64,000 nt of DNA, from positions 67,270,001 to 67,334,000 of the forward strand of contig OX597824.1 of assembly GCA_951406725.2 (NCBI GenBank), written 5' to 3'. The notes under the pieces are model-generated. The model did no database searches and had not been told where the DNA came from. It saw nothing but the letters and a program-made list of their open reading frames with translations. This stretch comes from Octopus vulgaris (taxonomy: Eukaryota). Of this stretch, positions 53,180-64,000 are shown piece after piece (within the stretch, counting starts at the first letter, position 1; each line of letters begins with the position of its first letter). A program made the position numbers and the translations under genes.

Positions 53180-54770
53180 TCATCCAGTGATGATGGTAGC
53201 TTTTATCACATCAGGTGATAATGTCTTCATAATCAACCTTGTCCCATTGCATAATTTAAGAGGATCTAAATTTCTTAGAAGCATTATTGGGACTCTTACC
53301 TTCAGAAAAAGTTTGTGGAGGAGTTCTAAGTGCCTCAAGAGAATTAAGGAACTCTGGGTAATAGACAGCTTAATTTTCATCAGGGACTGAATCAACTGAT
53401 TTGTACTTCTTAATGACTGTTGGAATGTTATTCATTAATTCATGGTTAATCCTTGCTACTGTCTCATTTTTTGGAGCAAGAATAGCTCTTTCACATAACC
53501 ATTTATATAAATTATAATTATTACTTAAGTCTGGAAATACCCTATTCTTCAATTCAGCTGGGGAATTCACCATGATAGCAATATGAGCAAAATTGATATC
53601 ATCATTCTCAGTTGTGGCACTCTGTTGGTTATGACAACAAAGGTTCCAGTTGATCCGATCAACGGAACAGCCTGCTTGTGAAATTAACGTGTAAGTGTCT
53701 GAGCACTTCACAGACTCGTGTAACCATAATGTAGTTCTCAGAGTGTGACAAGGCTGGCCCTTTGAAATACAGGTACAACAGAAACAGGAAGAAAGAATGA
53801 GAGAAAGTTGTGGTGCAAGAGTACAGCAGGGTTTTCCACCACCTGCTACTGGAACCTTGTGGAGCTTTAGGTGTTTTCACTCAATAAACACTCACAACAC
53901 CTGGTCTGGGAATTGAAACCATGATCCTTTGACTGTGAGCCTGCTGCCCTAACCACTGGACCATTGTACCTCCACCTCCATGCAATAAAGCTCACATGTT
54001 AGTATTGAAAGAAAATTTCTGTACTTTATTCCATAAGTGTGGAGGCTTAATGCATGCTTTTATTTCATCAGATCTTGTTCATCTCAGAATGACTGGTAAT
54101 GTCTGCCTGAAGTCTCCTGATAAAACTAATGTAACTCCTCCCATAGATTTATTGTTGCCTCTTATGTCCTGTAAAGTCTTACCAAGAGCTTCCATTGCAC
54201 CTCTATGTGACATGGTGTATTCATCCCAAATGATCAGGTGGCATTGGTGCAACACTTCTGCAGAACCTGAACCTTTGTTTATGTAACAAACTGGACTGTC
54301 ATTTGTGACCACCGGGTTTAGCAGTAATTTAAAAGCAGAACGACCTGTTCATCCTCCTGGGAGAAGGGTGGCAGCAATGCTAGATAATGCTACAGCAACT
54401 GCAATTCTTTTTTGTTGCCTTACCTTAAAGAGAAGCAATGTTGTTACAAATGTTTTACCTGTACCACCAGGAGCATCAAAAAAGAAAGCTCCTCTGCTTT
54501 TTTCTCTGACTGATGAGATAATTTTATCATATGTACAACATTGTTCTGGAAGAAGTTTAGATTCATGTTCATTCACAAATGCAGCCAAGTCTGTGATGTC
54601 ATAATTTGTCTCTCTTGCTACGTCTCTTGAAGTTAAATCACTAATTTGATGGTTTGTTTTTGGCAGTCCAGAGCCAGACTCTTGCAAATTTTTGCCTCCC
54701 ATGGCTAAAACTTGATCCTTGATTTCAGAGAACTGAATATTGATATCTTGGCTTAGTTGCTGAACTGCAT
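53180..54770 (-). pseudogene. Helitron Rep/Hel PIF1 helicase relic interrupted by a SINE
   Basis: FFDAPGGTGKTF (Walker A), IIWDEYTM, LSGDFRQTLPV, ERAILAPKN, PIMLLRNLDPLKLCNGTRL, with stops and frameshifts. Confidence 0.9.
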
Positions 54771-55378
54771 ACTTTATATACATACATACACACACATGCA
54801 TATCTAAATCTACTGGTTCTGAAACTGTAGTTATTGTCTCCATGTGTGTGTGTGTGTGAGCATGTGTTATGTACTTGGCATCTATTCACTACTTGGCTTT
54901 TATTATCTTTACCAGCTCCTTACCGCTGCTTGTTCCTCTATTGACTTTAATTCATATAAACTGTCTTTATATCTCACTTTTAGTCCCTATTCCGTGTCTC
55001 TCCATATTACGTAAAGTAACTGGAGAAATCAATCAACCAACTTACATTTACATCACTTATTATTATATAGAAATATACAATCATCTAGGATGGTGATGTG
55101 AGCAAAACCTGACGAATTATTAAATAACAACGAGACAAATTACTTATTTATTTCAAGTAACCGAAAGGCCTCACTGGGTTAATTTCCCAACGATATTAAA
55201 AACATTCGGGTATCAGTTTATTTATTTATTTTTACTGCAACTTATGGATTTGTATCTAATTTTAAGGGAACCAACCCATTCAATATTTAGCGAATGAAGA
55301 TTACTCGGACATCTAATTTCAAGGGAACTTATCTTAATATTACGCCGTCAGAGAGGGGAGTTAATATCAGTGTTAACA

Positions 55379-55427
55379 TTTCGCGCCATTTACGAAGTAA
55401 TCTTGTCAAACCTGTGGTCTGGTAAGT
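55379..55427 (+). promoter_or_regulatory. Candidate POLD1 promoter / non-coding first exon: E2F site TTTCGCGC followed by a splice donor
   Basis: TTTCGCGC at 55379-55386 (overlapping GCCAT) and CTG|GTAAGT donor at 55421/55422, in a CpG-retaining region upstream of the acceptor-preceded POLD1 ATG exon. Confidence 0.5.
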
Positions 55428-56919
55428 AATTCCATTTCTTTGAAGATACATTTTTTAAACGATTTATTTGCATCCACACGAACTATTTACAGTTTTAATA
55501 CAAATATAAATGAATTTATTTACTAGGCTATTTACGTATTTATGTGTCGTAAATGACTTAGTAAATTTTACTTTCGATTTTTGAGTTGGTTACGAAGTTT
55601 ATTTTTCGAGGGAAATAAAAAAATCAACAGATGCGTAGGTGATTCTTACTAAACTCCCGGTTACTATGCACATAGAAATTATTTACAAAATATCAGTACT
55701 TGACTAGAATATTCGGCGAGACTTTCCGAATATTCCATGTTGACAATCATTGTTAAAAAAATAAATTATTTTAGTGTTTGTATATATTCTCAGGCTTGAC
55801 TTTTTTTAACTTCACAAAAGTTTAGTTTCGTCATAGGCGAGTAGGGTTCCCTAACTTAACGTTACATAGCTAACGAAGGAGCTCTTACACGACTCTTTAT
55901 TAGCTTGTTCACTCAGAGGTGGCTTGGAGTAGACAATTAGTTTCAGCTCCAAGCAACCATTAAACCTTCTTGCGATCGATCGACATTCTGGAAATAACAG
56001 CTGGGAATTCTTCCTTTAGTTCTCGGTATTTCACATATATATATTTTTTCATCGGCCTCTTTGATACGACTAAATGAAGAAAGGCATTTATAAATTACGA
56101 ACAATGACCACCCTGTAATTTTTTGGTCAAACTCTAGTGTTTGATCCGAGCAAAGAAAACAAAAAAACTACCAAAATCACCTTCCCCACAAAAAAAAACA
56201 TGTAATAAGCGAATATGAAAAAAAATGTGCGCTGTCGAACGGGGGGACGGGACGGGAGAGGACTCGGAATATTTTTTTTCTTCATATTTGTTTACTACAC
56301 ATTTTACACCTAGTACACTATTTCTTTTTTCAATTTTTGTGACGTGGGGTGGGGACTCGGATAACTCACACGATTCAGTATCGTCACGTCGACACCCGAT
56401 CACAAAAGTATAGTTTAATAGGTGTAAAACAACATTGGCATAGTTTCGGTTGCCACAACTACGACATGCGAAACTTCGCCACAACGTGTAGTAAACAAAT
56501 ATGAAAAAAAAAACAAACAAAAAAATGCGCGCTGGCGGACCAATTTTTTTAGAGGGAAAAACAAGAAAACACAAACTGTCGCATAAATATATATCGAAGG
56601 ATTGCCTTGCTGTCCTATTGAATATATGATACGTCTGGGCTTAAAGTGTGTGCACTAAAGCAAATTCGATACGATTTTTGTTAACGACCATATGTCACGT
56701 ATTCGATTAACTTCGTCAATGCCATCGTAGATTGATGCTAAGAAATAACCCGCAGAAAGAACATGGGTAAACTTTTTCTCGGCAATCTTTCCCGAAATTT
56801 CAAGTTTCATTTTGTTGATACATGTGATGTTTGTCAGTATGTTTGTTTGCATTCCTCCAATTTCCTTTTATAATATTAAATTCCGATATAACCGTAATCT
56901 ACACCATCTGAAAGGTATT

Positions 56920-57327
56920 GACTCTTTTACTTGTTTCAGTCATTTGACTGTGGCCATGTTGGAGCACCGCCTTTAGTCGAGCAAATCGACCTCAGGACGT
57001 ATTCTTTGTAAGTCTAGTACTTATTCTATCGGTCTCTGTTGCCGAAACGCTAAGTTACGGGGACGTAAACACACCAGCATCGGTTGTCAAGCGATCTTGA
57101 GGGGACAAACACAGACGCATAAACATATATACGCACATACATACAGATATGTATATACATATATACGACGGGCTTCTTTCAGTTTCCGCCGACCAAATCC
57201 ACTCAAGGCTTTGGTCGGCCCGAGGCTATAGTAGAAGACACTTGCCTGAGGTGCCACGCAGTGGGACTGAACCCGGAACCATGTGGTTGGTAAGCAAGCT
57301 ACTTACCACACAGCCACTTCTACGCCT
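56920..57327 (-). mobile_element. SINE family A copy (reverse)
   Basis: Reverse complement of 23113-23538. Partial copies also near 39940, 41753, 45260, 49337, 59625, 61470 and 63510. Confidence 0.9.
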
Positions 57328-59057
57328 ATTTGTAGAAAATTCCGTAAAAAAATACGCTACCCATTTTTCTGCAAGATATGAGGAAACAAAACGGACTCGT
57401 GAATTTTCCGAAACACCACTCTCACCTTCGGGAAAAAAAACAAACATATAAAATTTCAGGACAAATTCTGATCTAATCGTAATCTACACCATTTGCAGAG
57501 TAGCGTTTGAAAATTTCATGTAAAAATATCCATTTTTTTTCTCGAAGTTACAAGAAAACAAAGTAAGGTAGGGGTACACTTGCATAGATATATCGATTTA
57601 CAGATTAGATATCCCTACTTTACGGTGAAAGAAAAGAACAAAAATTAAGTGGTTGCTTTCTTCTGTGAAAGAATCTTTTGTCCCCTTAATTTGATTATCT
57701 ACATTTTTGCTCCTTTCTTCACCAACTCCATTCACTTTCCGTATAAATTCCTACTATAACACTCGTCTATCAAGATGGGTGTATACCGGAACTTGTTAGG
57801 AATAACAAAACGACAGACATCCAACTCTAGCAAATGTTTCTATGAGAAGACTTTATTATGGTCCAAAGTAAACGTTACAAGGAAAAGACGGGATGGACAC
57901 TGCTAGGATAACTGTAGGTTTACTCTGTTGATAGTGACCTAGAGCTAAGCAACCCTTGGAACTCGTTCATTTGTCCACCACAAGGGAGGCTACTCTGATA
58001 ATGCCATAATAGGAATGTCACTTGAAATTTTTTAAATAATAGCAGGTCTTTTTTCAAATTTTCGTATTTAATTTATATGTTAGAAGAGTAGAAATAAGAT
58101 AGTGATTTATATATATATAAATCTTATGGTAAATATCATTTCAGAACCATCGTCTTCGTTAGGCTTCCTATCAAAAGTTTTGGGATGTTTCTGTGGCCTA
58201 GTGGTTCGGGTGTTGCCCTTATGATCACTAGATTGTGGATTCAATTCCTGTACTGGGTGGCACATTGTGTTCTTGAGCAAAAATTTTTGTTTCACATTCT
58301 GTGAGTGGGAAAATGGCAGGATCGTTGGCACATCGTCAGAGATGCTTTATGGTATGTCTTCTGGCTCTCTACTTTCTGAGTTCAGTTCCCATCTGTTTGG
58401 AGAAGTCAATGGGAAACTACTTTAATATTCATCCCAGGTTTGGTCATTTCTTTGTTCCTTCTCGAGCCACGCCTGGCTTGTAAGGGCCGGTTTCTCGGTT
58501 TCATTGGTGTATAGGTTCCCCATCTGGATGGGACACTGGTCCATCGCAGATGAGCTGCAAGATGCAGGAGGAAAGAGTGAGAGAAAGTTGTGGTGAAAGA
58601 GTCAGCAGAAGTTTGCCATTATCTTCTTCTGGAGCCGCGGGGAGCTTATGTGTTTCACTCATAAACACACACATTGCCCGGTCTGAGATTCGGACCCGCG
58701 ATCCCTCGACCGCGAGTCTGCTGCTCTAACCACTAGGCCATGTGCCTCCACAGGTCTGGTTATGGTAGCTGTCATTCCAATAATCTATTTAACGGGAGGG
58801 TTCAGGCCCACACATGTCGCATAAAGAGTGCTGGAGTGTCTGGAAATAGGCACACAAAGGTAAACGACGTGCAGACTGGATATACTGGCCCAGGAAGAAT
58901 TGCAATCCCTGAGTCAAAATCAGTGCGTGACCTAGGCATTGACATGAGCATAGAAAATTCTGCCTTAATAAAAATTTTTATTGACCTATGTAAGCATGGA
59001 AAAATAGACATTAATCTAATGATGTTCCTTGTATTATTTCAGTCATACAAGAAAAAG

Positions 59058-59119
59058 ATGTCTAGTGGTAAGCGTTTTCCCGACAAACGGGATGCCTCCA
59101 ATCCCACGAAGAAACCCAA
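59058..59119 (+). CDS. POLD1: DNA polymerase delta catalytic subunit, coding exon 1
   Basis: Acceptor ttatttcag| at 59042, ATG at 59058, basic NLS-like MSSGKRFPDKRDASNPTKKP, donor AA|GTAAGA (phase 2). Confidence 0.8.
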
Positions 59120-59558
59120 GTAAGACTTAAATACCTATATTCCTTTTATTTCATATCTTTTTCTATATCTGTAAATGAATTGAAGTTATGTAGACGTGTG
59201 TGGGTATTTTGTTTGAGTAGATGGTTGCTCAGTTTCTGTTGTCTTCTGCTACTCTTATTTTCAACTAATGCAAACTGAAGCCATCAAAATATTGTATTGT
59301 ACCAATGATGGGAGTTGTGTGAAATGAAGTACTACACAATGGTTGTAGCTTGGTTTGGTTTGGTTCAAACTTTCTTATTATCTATCATTTGACTGAATAT
59401 GGAATGGTTTTTGCTGTTGTCCAAGCAGTCATTCCTTTATGTGCTAGTGAACTATTTAATGAAAAACAACCCCAAAGATAATTTTATTCCACTGAAGTTA
59501 AATCTTTGTGGAAAGTGTTAATGGCAGTTTTTGTCAGAGAAAACAAGGGAGAGAACAC

Positions 59559-59597
<39 letters not shown>

Positions 59598-60302
59598 ATA
59601 TGTATATAAACATTAATGTTACCATAGGTGCATGCTTGTTTTTTCAGTTAAAATGTTCATAATCACCTGGCTCTGGGTTCAGTCCCACTGCATGCCACCT
59701 TGGGCAATTGTCTTCTTTTATTGCATCAGGTTGACCAGTACCTGATATGAATTTGGTTAATGGAAGCTGTGCAGAAGCTTGTTAGACACCCACACACACG
59801 TGTGTGTGTGTGTGTGTGTGTGTGTACATAATTTTTTATTTTGGTTGAGTCAGTCATTTGCTACACTGAGTCTTTGAGCAAGTTATGACATGGCATGATG
59901 AAAGCTTAACTTAGGATTTAGACAGATAAAGATTGATAAAATAAGTACTAGTGTCAATGAAATTAACTAAAAGCTATTTGAAAACTGTGTTTCAGTATGC
60001 CTTGAATGCATTGGCTATAACCAATGAAAGGCTTAACCCTTTAGCATTTAAACTGACCACATCCAACCCAAATATTCTACCTATTTTATGTTCTGATTGG
60101 TCAGATCTGGCCTCTCACATGTCCCCTACAATGTCATTCTAAAACTAGTCGTGTCATCAAAATCTCGAAGCTACAAAATAATGCATGATTAATTCAAAAC
60201 AGTGTGAATAAATAAGCATCACATTTGTGAGAAAGGGCGAAAGAATATTTACTTCCTACTAAGTAAAAATATTTTAAGAAAATATAATGTATCCTTCAAA
60301 AG

Positions 60303-60412
60303 GTTCGATGACGACGATGATGAATTCCCTTCGATGTTTGAACATGATTTGGAGATGATGGAGCAGATGGAAAGTGAGCTGTTAATGGGCAGTGAAAGCA
60401 CTGATTTTGTTG
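60303..60412 (+). CDS. POLD1: DNA polymerase delta catalytic subunit, coding exon 2
   Basis: AG|...G|GTGAGT, phase 2 to 1. KFDDDDDEFPSMFEHDLEMMEQMESE resembles the POLD1 N-terminal DDDD..PSQFEEDLALMEEME motif. Confidence 0.88.
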
Positions 60413-60475
60413 GTGAGTCACACTTTCGTTATTTTATTTGTTTTTGAGTGAATCTGTGTAAGACAGGCGATGCTC

Positions 60476-61201
60476 TTGACCCTTTTGTTACTGTATTTAT
60501 TTTGAGAAGCTCTGTGTTTCTCTCAATTATTTTAAACTAGCAGTATCGCCCGGCGTTGCTCGGGTTTGTAAGGGAAATAACTATATAAGCATTTTTAGAG
60601 AGTTACTTCCCTTATAGATGCCAATTCGGGCTTTCTTTGCCATTTCTGTTTTGGTGTCTTCAAGCCATGAAGTCGTTGTTCTAAAAGAACGCTGGTCTCC
60701 TTGACAACGCTTTACGACGTTGATTTCCTTACACTCCCTTCCCCCACAGCTTCACGAGGGAGGGAAGAAGGGGGAGAAGCAAACAGGTGCAGTTGTGACC
60801 ATGGACGCCAGCTCCGCCGCCATCGACACGAAAAATTATGCATTAAAATGGAATAAAAAATGATGTTAAATTATTTTTAAAATCGTAGACTCATCGTAGA
60901 CACGCGCTAATACTCAGACGGGCTCGATATGAATCACGACTATAAGATACCCGAATTTGGTTAAACTGCACCGCAAAATGTGGGAGTAGTTAGGAATCTA
61001 AATCGAAGGGGACAGACACTCACACAACTACAGTTTTATATATATAGATATAACAAAGAATTTAATAAAATTACTCAGCTATCATTAAGCTAGTGTTAAG
61101 AACATTAATTATCACTAAGCTTTGGTGGAAGATTTTAATTCAAAACTTATGAAAACAGGAGCCAGAGCCGGTTTCAGCAGGGTTGGTAACGAAAGGGTTA
61201 A
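60476..61201. mobile_element. piggyBac-like MITE hosting the Helitron
   Basis: Ends ttga-cccttttgttac and gtaacgaaaggg-ttaa form a TIR with a TTAA-type target. A similar ttaaccctttagc end occurs near 60033. Confidence 0.6.
60537..61048 (-). mobile_element. Complete non-autonomous Helitron (~512 bp)
   Basis: On the minus strand: A|TC start, 3' hairpin cccgagcaacgccggg followed by CTAG|T, no TSD. Confidence 0.85.
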
Positions 61202-61639
61202 CCAATCCATGTCAGATTATGCTAGCTGACTGCTTGAAGTGACGAGGTGGCATTAATGTATGTTTTGAAGTTGAGCCTACAGATGTAGAAAATACGTATG
61301 AAAAGCATTAGTATGGGGAATCCAGCTCAGCAGCTCATAACTCAGTCACAAAGCTCTCAACATATTTTGCAGCAAACAGTCATATTCACCAAGACTAGAA
61401 AAACAAACTTTTTATAAGATGACAAACTGAGCAAACAAACTATAATCTGTAATATATTACACTCAAACAGGCACAGGTATGACTGTGTGGTTAAGAAGCT
61501 TGATTTGTAACTGTTGTCCCATTGCACAGCTGCTTGGGTAAGTGTCTTCTACTATGGCCTCAAGCCAACAAGAGCCTTACGAGTGGATTTGGCAGATGGA
61601 AACAGAAGCTCATTGTGTGTGTGTGTGCACGCACACACA

Positions 61640-61679
<40 letters not shown>

Positions 61680-62374
61680 CAGAGAGAGAGAGAGAGAGAG
61701 TATACAAGGAAATTGTGTCAACTGATGTTATGTTATAGGTGTGTACTATGAGTGCTCAGTTTGGTTTTCCACTAAAACTCTGGCTTGAATGGCAACTGAA
61801 AAATGTGGTTTTAAGACTGCCTGTCAAAGGTGACTTGAAGTGGTTTCTCTTTGAGTAGACAGATATAGATTAAAGTAAAAAATGAAAAGTAAAACATTAG
61901 GCATCACTTGAAAACATTTTAGTGTCTGTTTGTGTATATGTATTTATGTATGTATGTAAACCCTCCTTCTTCCCTTCCTTCCTGAGCGTCCAATAATACT
62001 ATATTTGCTCCACGTCCTTGCGTTGTTGTGTTTTCATGTTTGGATTAACTATATATATATATGTGTGTATATATATATTGCATATTTTTCACTTTCTGTA
62101 TTGCATATTTGTTTATTTCTTGTTTGTTTGTTCACTTTCTGTCATGTTTGGTTCCTTGTTCATTGGCTTGCCATTTCTTAGTGGCCTCTTGCTGCTGGCA
62201 CCACCAGAAGGGAATAATATCATTGTTGAAGGTGCAGAATTGTGTTTGACCCTCTGGACAGTAACTGATGAAGATTTGGTGACCATCTGTGTCTGTTTTC
62301 TGTTTGTTTGTGCATTTACTATGTTTTCTAAAGATGCTAAACTTGTGCATTTTGTTGGCGAAAGAAGTTCCTGG

Positions 62375-62460
62375 ATTTTCCTGAAGAGAAAGCTGCATAA
62401 TGGACTCCTTATTCATTCGAAATTAGGAATTTTGCAGACTTCGAAACATATGTCGAAAAT
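62375..62460 (+). ncRNA. Type I hammerhead ribozyme (POLD1 intron, sense)
   Basis: Stem I attttc/gaaaat; CUGAAGA; stem II gaa..ctgca / tgcag..ttc; GAAA; palindromic stem III acatatgt; GUC site, cleavage after 62454. Confidence 0.85.
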
Positions 62461-62726
62461 AAAATAAAGGAATTTTGTTAAATCTTCGCTCAGCTCCATT
62501 CTTTCCTATACTTATTATATATATATATATATATATGTATGTATATCCCTTATTTGCAAAGAGAACGAGGTGTGACAACTGCCTCAAGTTTTTGTTCAGT
62601 CCATGTCAACATGAAAAAGTGGATGCAGAAAAATGGTGAGAACTGTGGGTATAGCTTGGAGAATATGACCTGGTAAGCTGCCATCTTCACTAGTTTCATT
62701 TTGTTTTTTTTACTTAAATTTTTCAG

Positions 62727-62834
62727 ATGATGAAACAGAAGTGTCTCAGAAATGGACACGACCACCCTTACCTTCCATTGATCGTGCAAAAGATACAGTT
62801 GTTTTCCAACAAATTAGTGTTGACTACTATATTG
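62727..62834 (+). CDS. POLD1: DNA polymerase delta catalytic subunit, coding exon 3 (gene continues beyond the window)
   Basis: tttttcag|...G|GTAAGT, phase 1 to 1. KWTRPPLPSIDRAKDTVVFQQISVDYYIG matches the POLD1 motif W.RP..P.LDP....L.FQQLEIDHY.G. Confidence 0.9.
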
Positions 62835-64000
62835 GTAAGTTGTGAGGCATTTACAGATTTTTGTGTTACATAAAAGCACCTAATACACTCTGTAAAGTAG
62901 TTGGTGTAAGGGCATCCAGTTGTGGAAACCGTGCCAAAGCAGACAATAAAGCCTGGTGCAGCTTTCTGGTTTGCCAGCTTCTGTGAAACCATCCAGCCCA
63001 TGTCAGCATGGAAGAAGAATGTTATATGTTGATGATGAAATGCTAGTGGTAGACTGTATGTGTGTGGCAGGGGAAGACAACAGAAGTGTTTATCTTATAC
63101 AAGAGAGTTATGCCATGTGGGCAGTGTCTGATGATTCTGCAAGGACACCAGACGTGTTATAAAACAATGTTTGGCATTTTATCAGTACATGGCTCTAAAA
63201 GTAGCTCATAAAAACGTATATTGTGTTATTTTACAAGTGAGTGCTACAGTTAGTAGGATGTATCTTTGTTGGGGTCTGTTGTAGAATGAGTGTTGAGTGA
63301 GGCAAGTGGAAGACATACTAGAGGAAGATCAGGGAAGACTTGGAAGAAATGGTGAGGTTAGATCACAGGAGACGAGCCCTCTTTCTTAAAATGATGGAAG
63401 AATGACTGTATATTCAGTAGCAGATTGGTTTTATTTATGCAAGGATGGACCAGTGGATATTAAAATGACAGTGTTGGTGCAGATTAAATACCTTGTATTT
63501 TAGTTCTATAGGCACAGTCATGGCTGTGTAATTAACAGAGTTTGATTTGTAACCACTCGGTTTGGGTTGCATTGCACTTGTGTGCCACCTTGGGTAAGTA
63601 TCTTTCTTTTCCTACAGTCTCAGGCTGAATAGTACTTTGAGCTTGATGGTAAAAAAAGTCTTTTGTGGGAAAGTGAGCTCGAATTCAGCATGTATATAAG
63701 AAACAACATAGACACCAATTGTATTTAGTTCTTGAGGATGAGGCTGTGAGGAAATGTTGAATTTGAATTTAGGAACTTTATTATTTCAAACTAATTGCAA
63801 GAAACTAATAAGATAAAAATCTAAGATAAAAACCATAAAACTTGAGCAAAATCAGGTATTTAATGAAGCAGATATATATCTGTGTGTTTACATGTCACAA
63901 TTTTGCCTGGCATCTTCCAGGCCTTCTGAACAATGATGTTGTCTACATTTCCTGTAAATACAACGTCCTGTGGCTCTGTGCGTTTGTAAATCTGTGTAAA

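Noticed and set aside
56100-57600. Possible DNA transposon (direct repeat cgtaatctacaccat at ~56893 and ~57478)
   Set aside because: Could not define TIRs or a TSD with confidence.
58850-58950. VRDLGIDMS fragment upstream of the POLD1 ATG
   Set aside because: Probably a tiny CR1/Jockey-type RT relic; lies before the acceptor at 59042, so it is not part of POLD1.

Overview
AT-rich, microsatellite-dense eukaryotic genomic DNA. The SINE, RTE, mariner and Helitron content is typical of an octopod cephalopod (Octopus-like); this is an inference, not a database match. Most ORFs in the supplied track are microsatellite artefacts. Two spliced genes can be reconstructed by hand. (1) On the minus strand, a divergent Delta/DSL-family gene with six phase-compatible coding exons from 39097 down to 1413: signal peptide, MNNL/C2-like domain, DSL domain, then a linker with an RVRR furin-type site instead of EGF repeats. 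(2) On the plus strand, the first three coding exons of DNA polymerase delta catalytic subunit (POLD1, 59058-62834), with a candidate E2F-site promoter near 55380. Introns and intergenic DNA hold a near-intact ~4.9 kb RTE LINE (APE, RT and a PHD finger, with tandem 5' monomers), three mariner relics (one carrying a 114-bp solo LTR), Helitron relics and a complete non-autonomous Helitron, hAT and piggyBac-like MITEs, and several tRNA-derived SINE families. The most striking unexplained signal is about a dozen sequence-diverse type I hammerhead ribozyme motifs (CUGANGA...GAAA core, palindromic stem III, often a long stem II). They sit in small AT-rich, (TA)n-flanked, inverted-repeat Penelope-like units, mostly in the sense orientation of the host pre-mRNAs.
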